Shown one piece after another: positions 48,600 to 56,702 of a DNA stretch of 64,000 nucleotides. The notes beneath the pieces were generated by a model that saw only the letters and a program-made list of their open reading frames with translations, made no database searches and was not told the DNA's origin. The position numbers and the translations under genes were made by a program. The DNA lies in the NCBI GenBank assembly GCA_041178425.1, contig JBEGVH010000014.1, forward strand, positions 64,001 through 128,000, read 5' to 3'. The first letter of the stretch is position 1. Each line of letters begins with the position of its first letter. This DNA is from Pseudomonadota bacterium. GTDB lineage: Bacteria; Bdellovibrionota; Bdellovibrionia; Bdellovibrionales; Bdellovibrionaceae.

Positions 48600-49352
48600 A
48601 TGATGGCGATCACAAATTTTAAAAATAAAACTGTTTTTATTTCTGGTGCCGGTTCGGGAATTGGCGCAGCGACAGCCCTTCTTTTTGCGCAACATCAAGC
48701 TCATCTTATTCTCATCGGGCGAAGAATTGAAAATCTGCAACAAACCTCCTTAGCGGCAAAACAGTTTGGTGCCAAAGTCGATTTGTTAAGTCTTGATATT
48801 AACAACCTTGATGAAATTCGGGCGTTCTTTTCTCGAATCGACCGTTTGGATATAGCCGTCAACAATGCCGGCATCGAAGGTGCCGTTGGTGATACTCTCG
48901 ATCTGACCGAAGCTGATTTCAACCATGTTATGGACACCAACGTTAAAGCTTTGTGGGTTTGCATGCAGGAACAAATTAAATGGTTTCGCCAACACAACCA
49001 ACCAGGCAACATTGTTAATATCTCATCGATTGCCGGAATCCGTGGTTTTGCAGAGTCTGGACTTTACGTCACAAGTAAACATGCGGTGATTGGTATGAGC
49101 CAAGCCATCGCGCTCGAGCAAATCAAACACAACATTCGTATCAATGTTGTTTCACCCGGATCAATTGATACACCAATGCTCAATCGCCTCTTCCCCAACG
49201 CTGCTGCAGAAATGGGACCCTCTCAGCCCATGAAACGAATCGGTAAACCCGAAGAAATTGCTGAGGTCATACTCTGGCTGGCGTCGGAACAGTCAAGCTT
49301 TGTGGTCGGTCACAATCTCGTGGTTGATGGCGGCCGAACTATTTCTGGCTAA
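48600..49352 (+). CDS. Classical SDR oxidoreductase
   Basis: SGAGSGIG, NNAG, NISS, YVTSK and PGSIDT motifs. Confidence 0.96.
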   Translation: MMAITNFKNKTVFISGAGSGIGAATALLFAQHQAHLILIGRRIENLQQTSLAAKQFGAKVDLLSLDINNLDEIRAFFSRIDRLDIAVNNAGIEGAVGDTLDLTEADFNHVMDTNVKALWVCMQEQIKWFRQHNQPGNIVNISSIAGIRGFAESGLYVTSKHAVIGMSQAIALEQIKHNIRINVVSPGSIDTPMLNRLFPNAAAEMGPSQPMKRIGKPEEIAEVILWLASEQSSFVVGHNLVVDGGRTISG

Positions 49353-49584
49353 TTAATCAATTAACTTTTACTTATTATATAAACTCAAAACTAACTGAGA
49401 CGAACAAGTATTATGTTTCAAAATGTCTCGGGCCTATTTTACTTTCTCTTCAATAAAAATAAATTCTATTGAAACCAAAAATAGTTCGCCTAGGTTTTAT
49501 TGAGCGCTCGCGAGGCGAATAAGCCCCCAAATGGGGCTTCAATATTTTTTTTCATTCAACTTATTGAATGCAAGGGAGTTTAAA

Positions 49585-50160
49585 ATGAGAACATTTTTTC
49601 TTTCGACACTACTAATTTTAGTTGCGCCTTTGAGTCACGCCCTCACGCAGTTCGATATACAACCCTTATCTATTAAGACTAAGTACCAAGTGATGGGAGT
49701 CCAAGCGGGCCCACAAGCACAAAAAGCCATCATTTATACCGGCGATCAGGCTGAACAAGTCGCGCAAAAGGCAGGATTTACGATCAACAAACATCGACAA
49801 ATGCTCGTCATGACGGGACCTGAAGTTGACTCGTTGGTTGGCTCATCGATTGGGGCGACCTACAGCGTAGGAAAGTTAGTGTTGATAACGTCAGCTAACT
49901 TTGTTTCTGCTGCCATCAATATGACATACAATATTTTAGCGGTTGGAGCTGGCGTTGTGTGGCTCGGGGTTAGCACTGCTGCTACCATCGGAAAAACGGT
50001 CGTGTACTTTACTTTAAAAGGCCTACAAGGTAGTTTTTATTTAATCACCGGAACGGGAGTTTTTCTTGTGAAGGCGTCACAGAGAATCGTGGTGGGCACC
50101 CTTAAGTTTATTTGCGAAATACCCAATTATTTTGGTTTAGGATTTTTTGCCTGCCACTAG
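49585..50160 (+). CDS. Secreted protein with long amphipathic/hydrophobic helices
   Basis: GGGAG SD before ATG 49585, signal peptide ending SHA-L, own terminator. Confidence 0.7.
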   Translation: MRTFFLSTLLILVAPLSHALTQFDIQPLSIKTKYQVMGVQAGPQAQKAIIYTGDQAEQVAQKAGFTINKHRQMLVMTGPEVDSLVGSSIGATYSVGKLVLITSANFVSAAINMTYNILAVGAGVVWLGVSTAATIGKTVVYFTLKGLQGSFYLITGTGVFLVKASQRIVVGTLKFICEIPNYFGLGFFACH

Positions 50161-50177
50161 TTACTACAACTACACCC

Positions 50178-50210
50178 AAGGCAGAGATTTTGCTCTGCCT
50201 TTTCTTTTTT
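50178..50210 (+). terminator. Intrinsic terminator
   Basis: AAGGCAGAG-ATTTTG-CTCTGCCTT followed by a T-rich tail. Confidence 0.88.
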
Positions 50211-50412
50211 CTACAAAATCGTACTGACTATTGTTTGAGGAAAAACGCTCGTATTTTCTCATGAAAGTGATTTTAGCAGTCTCACAAAGTAGTAGATCGC
50301 TCCGACCAATTAAACCATCCTGAGTGACACTTTTTGCCATTCTCATTGAAAAGTACGGAGAAGCTTCGATCTTCAATAGACCTCGCCCATAGCCCTTGTG
50401 ATAACGGGGTTA

Positions 50413-51234
50413 ATGAAAAACGTGGCTTTAGCCCTAGCGCTCCTATTTTTAATGTTCACAGGCTGTTATCGGTCGCCGCAAAAAGTGAATGTGGATCGCC
50501 AAATTGAGTGGGCGTACCATTTAATCGATCAAGGTGAGTACTCCGCGGCCATTGATCTTTTTACCCAACTCAGTCGTCAAAATAATTCGCCCACAGTGCG
50601 TATTGGCCTCGCCTCGGCCTATGCCGCGCGTGCGGGTGTCAGAGTTCACTCGTATTGGGACTTAGCTTTACCCTCAGTGAGAGTTCCGCCCCCCACCAGC
50701 CTGGAGGCCAATCTTGCTTTTAGAAAACAATGGATGGATCGACTTCAACTTCTTCCTCTCAATTTACAAAATCAGGTCGCCACAAAAACGGAAGAAATTA
50801 TTGCCGCTCACGAAAAAGTAGAAACACTGAAATGGCGCTTTCAGCAAATTCCACTGATTGTAAGAATTGAACAACGTAATGATATTATGATGGCTCGAGA
50901 AATTATTAGAGATATTCCCAATCGGGGCATTCATCTTTATCGTGCTCTTCTCACGCTCGTACTGGTTCGCTTTGAAACACAAGTAATCTCGAACAGTATC
51001 GACGAAACGCTTGTTACTAAGTCAGGTTGGCCTTGCTCGAATTCTCTCCGTAGCTGGATTCACCAACTGCCCCCATCACTTGATCTTTTAGCAGACGTGC
51101 TTTTTGACCTTAAATTGGCTTTCCCGCAAAAGGTTGCCGAAATGGCTCCCTTCGAACAAGACCTCGTTTCGTTTAAACAAAGATTTATGAACTCTCAATC
51201 CATCTTGGAAAACACTCTATGTTCGGCACAGTAA
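50413..51234 (+). CDS. Lipoprotein with an N-terminal TPR-like repeat
   Basis: Lipobox FTGC; LIDQGEYSAAI...LASAYAARAG; predicted all-helical. Confidence 0.7.
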   Translation: MKNVALALALLFLMFTGCYRSPQKVNVDRQIEWAYHLIDQGEYSAAIDLFTQLSRQNNSPTVRIGLASAYAARAGVRVHSYWDLALPSVRVPPPTSLEANLAFRKQWMDRLQLLPLNLQNQVATKTEEIIAAHEKVETLKWRFQQIPLIVRIEQRNDIMMAREIIRDIPNRGIHLYRALLTLVLVRFETQVISNSIDETLVTKSGWPCSNSLRSWIHQLPPSLDLLADVLFDLKLAFPQKVAEMAPFEQDLVSFKQRFMNSQSILENTLCSAQ

Positions 51235-52292
51235 CGTTTCGAAAAGCGACGCTACCGGGTACTATCGGCACTCTCCTTTTTATGGTGAGTTGCTTTGCCA
51301 ATGCCTATCCCTCTGATACTTTTTTAAATTATTTGAATCAAACTCGAACCGATCAAAAGCGTAATCATCAGTTGTGCTATGCCTACGAAGACAGTACCCC
51401 TGGTTTACCCTGTAACCCTGCGTTTTTGGGCCTCGACCGCCAGAATACGGGTTGGGTTTACGGCTACGGAAACAACAATCTTCAGTTTTTTCAAGATGTG
51501 GCAGATATTGTTCGAGGCCCCATTCGCGCCCAAGAACTTTTAGCTATCGTTGACCACAACTCTCACGACAACTTTCAATTAGAGCTCTCAATGGGCTATG
51601 TCTCGAGCACCTGGGGCGTTAATGTGATTCCCGATAAGCTTGTTTTGTTTACTAACTTTCGAAATCCGGCCCTACCAAGAATTACCGTGTTAGCAGCGCG
51701 TGAACGTGAAATCCAATTTCAGCTAGGCAGCTTCCTGAGCAAAGAGTGGTCGTGGGGCCTCCAGTTGAGAGGCGTTCAGAGACGCTTTACTTACAGCGAT
51801 GCTTATTTTAGTGACTATATGACGGGCGATGCCGATTTTTTAAATTCCATCAGGTCTCAGAACGCTTATTATATTGAGCCGAGTCTTTTATATGTGCCTG
51901 AATCCAGCGACTGGAACCCTCTCGCCTCGGTGATGATTACCAATCTTGGTAAACCTGATTTTTATATGGACCCTTACGATTACAACCCCGCGGCTCAGTT
52001 TGCCTTTTCTATTGCTCCTCAGACCGACTACGGAACCTTTAAAATGGGAGTCACCAGTCAGTGGGTTCAGCAGGCCGAGATCAATAGAATTTTTTCGGCT
52101 GCGGGTTTAACCTATAGTTATTCATGGTTTGACCTCTTTACCACTGTGAGTGAATTCGAAAAACAGCTGGGCGTTTCCTTTAATTTTGAGTACCTCACAA
52201 CCAGCGTTAGTTATGCCCAACAAGACTGGAGCAATACTCCCTCGCCGAATGCGCATTCACTTTGGCGCTGGGATCTAGGAATTTTGTTTTAA
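51219..52292 (+). CDS. TraF/FadL-like outer-membrane beta-barrel
   Basis: Signal peptide, CNPAFLG (the NPA.L motif of FadL/PorV/TraF-type barrels), amphipathic strands, C-terminal WDLGILF. Confidence 0.65.
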   Translation: MFGTVTFRKATLPGTIGTLLFMVSCFANAYPSDTFLNYLNQTRTDQKRNHQLCYAYEDSTPGLPCNPAFLGLDRQNTGWVYGYGNNNLQFFQDVADIVRGPIRAQELLAIVDHNSHDNFQLELSMGYVSSTWGVNVIPDKLVLFTNFRNPALPRITVLAAREREIQFQLGSFLSKEWSWGLQLRGVQRRFTYSDAYFSDYMTGDADFLNSIRSQNAYYIEPSLLYVPESSDWNPLASVMITNLGKPDFYMDPYDYNPAAQFAFSIAPQTDYGTFKMGVTSQWVQQAEINRIFSAAGLTYSYSWFDLFTTVSEFEKQLGVSFNFEYLTTSVSYAQQDWSNTPSPNAHSLWRWDLGILF

Positions 52293-52408
52293 TCGCCCCG
52301 CAACACCCTTTTGATCCCTCGTTAGCCAATGCCCCTTTGACTTTTGAGCTTTTCTAACTTCATATGGAAAAATCGTTTTTTGATTGATGTGGGGGAGGGC
52401 CCATTCTT

Positions 52409-53659
52409 ATGACTACAGCAATGACTGACTCCTTGGAGTCTACTGAACAACACCCGTCACGCCATCCTCAGGCGCGAAAAGCCCTCACACTTTTAACCAC
52501 AGTCAACTATCTGAATTACATTGACCGATTTATTTTGAGCGCTGTTTTAGTCTCAATCAAATTGGATCTTAATCTCACCGATTTTCAAGCGGGCCTTCTT
52601 GCGACCGCTTTCATGATTGCTTATATGTTTACTTCTCCCATTTTTGGTTGGATGGGAGATACCAAAAATCGCTCAAAACTTTTAGCTGCGGGTGCTCTAC
52701 TCTGGAGTGTTGCGAGCCTTATGACAGGCTGGGCCGGCTCCTTTATGATGTTGGCGCTCTCGCGGTTTATTTTAGGATTTGGCGAGTCTGCGTTCACGAC
52801 CATAGCAACGCCCTTCATTTCTGATTTTTACCCCAGCTCTCGCCGCGGTCGAGCTCTCGCTATTTTCTCCTCGGGTCTGCCGGTGGGAGCGGCTCTTGGC
52901 TTTGTCTTGGGAGGAATCTTAGGGCAAGTCGTCGGCTGGCGAAATGCTTTTTTGATTGTCGGCTTTCCTGGGATTATTCTTGCCGCCGTTATTCTTACAC
53001 TTCCCGATCCGCGACAAAAAGTCAGTAATCTGGAATTTAACTATCGCAAAATTGTGAGAGAACTATCAAAAATTAAAACCTACGTTTGGACCACGCTCGG
53101 CTATTGCGCTTACAGTTTTGTCGTAGGTGGAGTGGCTCACTGGGTTCCTTCGTATTTACAGAGAAATTACAATCTCGATCAAATGAAAGCCAATATGCTT
53201 TTTGGTGGCATCGCGGTGTGCAGCGGCCTTATTGGAACACTTTTAGGGGGTTATATTGGTGATCGTTGGGCCTCTCAAAAAGGTTCCGCTGGGCATTTAA
53301 AATTATCTTCGCTCTCGATGGCGATGGCTCTCCCCTTCTTTATTGGAACTCTTTATGCACCCACAATCGGGTGGTTGACCTTCTTTCTTGTGTTTGCGCA
53401 ACTCTTCTTTTTTCTTTCAACCAGTCCGATCAGTGTTGCACTTATTGAAGCCGTCCCTGCCCACGCAAAAACAACGGCCATGGCCATTTCGATCTTTCTC
53501 TGTCATATCCTTGGAGATGCCATATCTTCGCCACTCATCGGACTTATTTCCGATAAGACAGGCTCTCTTCAAACAGGAATGGCAATTTGCGCGCCAGTGA
53601 TCGTGATTAGTTCTCTTTGCTGGGCTAAGGGAATGAACAGTCGCAAAGTCATGGCATAA
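52409..53659 (+). CDS. MFS transporter, spinster family
   Basis: NYLNYIDR, GWMGDTKNR, R..LGFGES and HILGDAISS motifs. Confidence 0.9.
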   Translation: MTTAMTDSLESTEQHPSRHPQARKALTLLTTVNYLNYIDRFILSAVLVSIKLDLNLTDFQAGLLATAFMIAYMFTSPIFGWMGDTKNRSKLLAAGALLWSVASLMTGWAGSFMMLALSRFILGFGESAFTTIATPFISDFYPSSRRGRALAIFSSGLPVGAALGFVLGGILGQVVGWRNAFLIVGFPGIILAAVILTLPDPRQKVSNLEFNYRKIVRELSKIKTYVWTTLGYCAYSFVVGGVAHWVPSYLQRNYNLDQMKANMLFGGIAVCSGLIGTLLGGYIGDRWASQKGSAGHLKLSSLSMAMALPFFIGTLYAPTIGWLTFFLVFAQLFFFLSTSPISVALIEAVPAHAKTTAMAISIFLCHILGDAISSPLIGLISDKTGSLQTGMAICAPVIVISSLCWAKGMNSRKVMA

Positions 53660-53794
53660 ATTAAGATTATTTAAAGTCTCACGCCCATAAAACCCCGTTG
53701 GCCACTATCACCGTGATGATTTGCCTCGATTTACCAAACGACCCTTGAACGCTAAGACGATGCCTTTTAGATTCCCAATCAAAAGGGAGGTTTC

Positions 53795-54235
53795 ATGGGT
53801 CCACAAAATTGGTTTGTTGTAATAAATAGAAAATCGGCAAAAGTCTTTGAAGTGAGCGATAAGCCTCAAACACTCACCTATCTGCGCACGATTCGCAATC
53901 CTCTCGGTGCCATTAAAAATAAGCTCATGCGATTGGATAAGCCAGGTTTCAGTCGTGGCAAGTTTGTTAAAAACAAGAGTCCACACGCTCTCACTCACGA
54001 GAAAAACCCCCAAGAGGACAGCGCGATCGATTTTGCAAAAAAAATCGCTCATTATTTAAGATCTCACAAGTTAAACAAAAATTATCTCAACCTTATTATT
54101 GCCGCAGAACCTCATATGATGGGCCTGGTACGAAAAGCGATCGAGCACGATCACTTTAAAGTCAACATTCGTTGGCTTCAAAAAGATCTCGAAAAAATGC
54201 CGACCGATCGACTTGAGGCCATGTTGTTTAGTTAA
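53795..54235 (+). CDS. Host-attachment family protein (baeRF12-like)
   Basis: WFVVIN...AKVF, DKPG, FAKKIA, LIIAAEP..MG.VR and KDL motifs. Confidence 0.85.
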   Translation: MGPQNWFVVINRKSAKVFEVSDKPQTLTYLRTIRNPLGAIKNKLMRLDKPGFSRGKFVKNKSPHALTHEKNPQEDSAIDFAKKIAHYLRSHKLNKNYLNLIIAAEPHMMGLVRKAIEHDHFKVNIRWLQKDLEKMPTDRLEAMLFS

Positions 54236-54267
54236 TAGAAAGTGCTTATTCAAATAAAGGGAATGCT

Positions 54268-54699
54268 ATGAAAATTTCTAAAATTCTATGCTGTGTGGAT
54301 ACTGATCCCCTCGCTGAGTCTGTTTTTGATTACGCTCTTGCCCTTGCCACCGACCTCAAGGCCGAGTTGGCCATTTTGAGCGTTCTTGATCAGAAACAAC
54401 TCCAAATGGGAGACTCCGGCATCGACGCTTGGACACTCAAAGCGTCGATCAAAGAAGAGATCTCACACCTTTTTGATAAACTCCAAAAAAAAGCTGCCAA
54501 TCTCACCCTAACAAAGTTCTCCGAAGAAGGCATTCCCGCGACGACAATCGTTGACGTGAGCAATAATTGGAGCGCCGATCTCATTGTGGTCGCTTCTCAT
54601 AGCCGCACTGGAATTCCCCGACTCATCATGGGAAGCGTCGCGGAGTCGGTGCTTCGCCACGCGAAATGCCCAGTGCTAGTAGTGCCAGCAAAGAAGTAG
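54268..54699 (+). CDS. Universal stress protein
   Basis: KILCCVD, ADLIVVASH..TG and MGSVAESVLRHAKCPVLVV motifs. Confidence 0.96.
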   Translation: MKISKILCCVDTDPLAESVFDYALALATDLKAELAILSVLDQKQLQMGDSGIDAWTLKASIKEEISHLFDKLQKKAANLTLTKFSEEGIPATTIVDVSNNWSADLIVVASHSRTGIPRLIMGSVAESVLRHAKCPVLVVPAKK

Positions 54700-54816
54700 T
54701 TTTCACTGAGAGCGAAGAGGCCTCTTATCACCCATTTTATTGCCATTTTTAGAAGCCTCCCAGAGACTTAGAGAACACTGCGCATCAGTGTGATCTTAAG
54801 TCTATGGGAGTTTAAC

Positions 54817-55848
54817 GTGGTGCTTCGAACTTTGTTATTGTTTGTTGTTTTATCGATTTGCCTGGGTTGTTCCACGCTAACACCAAAGCAAGAAGAGGAG
54901 CTTTTGTACTGGCAAGAGCAAGGTGTCTATGTTCAAAAGCAAGACGCTAAAAAAGCCTGGCAACTCAATTATTTCATGGGGGCTGGCGATTTTTATCTGG
55001 GCCACTATGATTATGGTTTTTTAAATTTAATCACCTGGCCATGGTCAATGATCTGGGCTCCAAAGGCCGCCGCCAATCGCGCATTCAAAACAAATTGGGA
55101 AGCCACAAAGCTCGCCTTAGGCGACAGATACCTAACTCTGCGTCCTCCTCCCTCTCCAAAAGAGAGCGATGAAAACAACGAAGAGGAACAACCTATAATG
55201 CAAAGGATTAAGAAGGCCTTTCGCGAACGGCGAATCTCCGAGGAAAGAAAAAAGCGGATACTCGAAATTTCTTTGGTACCTGTAGACACGAGTTTACTTT
55301 ACGATGGAGGTCCAATTCCTCAAGGTTGGAGGGGTGTTCTTTATTTTCGAGGTCAACATGGTCTCCTTCATGAAACATATAGTTCGGGCCTGAGCGATTT
55401 TGCCTCTTCAATCTCCGGGATTGTACAAATTGGCCCCGAAGAAGATCGCAAACATATTTCTGGTGAACAGAGCCATTGGGCCTACAGATATTTTCTTCAT
55501 GACAATTGGTTTATACAAGCCGGATACAAAGAACGAGTGGTCTCCTATTCTTATACGGCCTGTTTTGAAGGAAGCTGTTATCGAACGATCGACGAGGCCA
55601 ATTGGACGGCCAAGCTAAAGATGGCAGTAGCCGCTATCGGTTACCAAGCCTTTAGTGGCAAACATTCAAAGTGGGTGTCCGGGGTAGAATTCCATTTGAA
55701 TACGGTCCAAAAGACAGAAATGCTAGAAGATCGTTATTCACGCAGTCGAAGCGGCGAAAGCCCTACACTAACTAAAAGTGAAGAGGCAAAGAAGCAATTT
55801 CTAGATTCATATGGGGACTTAATTTTTCACATTGGTTATTTGTTCTAA
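54817..55848 (+). CDS. Lipoprotein with a TM2-like hairpin and a probable C-terminal beta-barrel
   Basis: GGGAG SD with GTG 54817, lipobox CLGC, GAGDFYLGHY..GFLNL, C-terminal FHIGYLF. Confidence 0.6.
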   Translation: MVLRTLLLFVVLSICLGCSTLTPKQEEELLYWQEQGVYVQKQDAKKAWQLNYFMGAGDFYLGHYDYGFLNLITWPWSMIWAPKAAANRAFKTNWEATKLALGDRYLTLRPPPSPKESDENNEEEQPIMQRIKKAFRERRISEERKKRILEISLVPVDTSLLYDGGPIPQGWRGVLYFRGQHGLLHETYSSGLSDFASSISGIVQIGPEEDRKHISGEQSHWAYRYFLHDNWFIQAGYKERVVSYSYTACFEGSCYRTIDEANWTAKLKMAVAAIGYQAFSGKHSKWVSGVEFHLNTVQKTEMLEDRYSRSRSGESPTLTKSEEAKKQFLDSYGDLIFHIGYLF

Positions 55849-55862
55849 ATCTAATCCGAACA

Positions 55863-56654
55863 TTACTCAATGACTTCAATAGAATCTGTCTCGGCTACCA
55901 CGCCCTCATTTTGAGGGATCCACAAAGTACCGAAAAAAACTTTGTTCTCTTTTTGACGGTAGCTACTCAGCGTTTTTAAGGGTTCTGGCCCACTGGCCAA
56001 CCCCGTGGTTTGATCGATCGTAATCACATGACATCGCTGACACAATTTGGGGTTGGCAAACTCAACCTGACCAATGCGAATGCGACGCCACTGTTCTTCT
56101 TCAAAAGCCTCTGCTCCCGAAAACACAATATTTGGTCGAAAGCGATCGTAAGAGACTGACTGCTCTAATCGCCCATTCAAATCCTCAAGACTTTTTAGAT
56201 TTAAGATCTGTATAGGCCGCTGATCAGCAAATCGAACCTCGGGCTGCCAACCAGGGTTATCGGATTTTAGCCTTCGGTTTGTGGTGGGCATATGCCGAAC
56301 AAGCCTGCAGGAAACCTCAAGGTATTGAGAGATCGCCTGCGAATAAAGATCCGGCTCAAGAGCGACCTCAAAAGGAGAATCCCAAAGAGTGGCAATGACT
56401 TTTCGTTGGAAGGAATTCTTTTTGGAAATCTTAAAAAACATCTTTTGAAAGGCTACGGTGAGACTCTCCTCTTCGAGAAAAACTTCGATAGTGGCCATTT
56501 TTGGAAGTCGTCTCTGGGATAAAAATTGACCTTCTTGATCGATCAGCATCCATTCGCGATCACCCGCTGGGCCAAGGTGACTGATGCTTAATAGTTTAGT
56601 TTTTTGCGCACTCGCCGACTTGATGGGATAGATGTAAAGATCTTTGATATTCAT
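55863..56654 (-). CDS. MOSC domain protein (YcbX-like)
   Basis: LYIYPIKS, DREWM, RFAD, RFRPNIV and CQRC motifs. Confidence 0.95.
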   Translation of the reverse strand: MNIKDLYIYPIKSASAQKTKLLSISHLGPAGDREWMLIDQEGQFLSQRRLPKMATIEVFLEEESLTVAFQKMFFKISKKNSFQRKVIATLWDSPFEVALEPDLYSQAISQYLEVSCRLVRHMPTTNRRLKSDNPGWQPEVRFADQRPIQILNLKSLEDLNGRLEQSVSYDRFRPNIVFSGAEAFEEEQWRRIRIGQVEFANPKLCQRCHVITIDQTTGLASGPEPLKTLSSYRQKENKVFFGTLWIPQNEGVVAETDSIEVIE

Positions 56655-56702
56655 AAAAAGCGTATCTCATTGAATCGCCAGACTTGGCAATGCTTGACCA
56701 GC

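Noticed and set aside
51219..52292. TraF-like barrel as evidence of a conjugative element
   Set aside because: No relaxase, VirB4, coupling protein, integrase or att repeats occur in the window.
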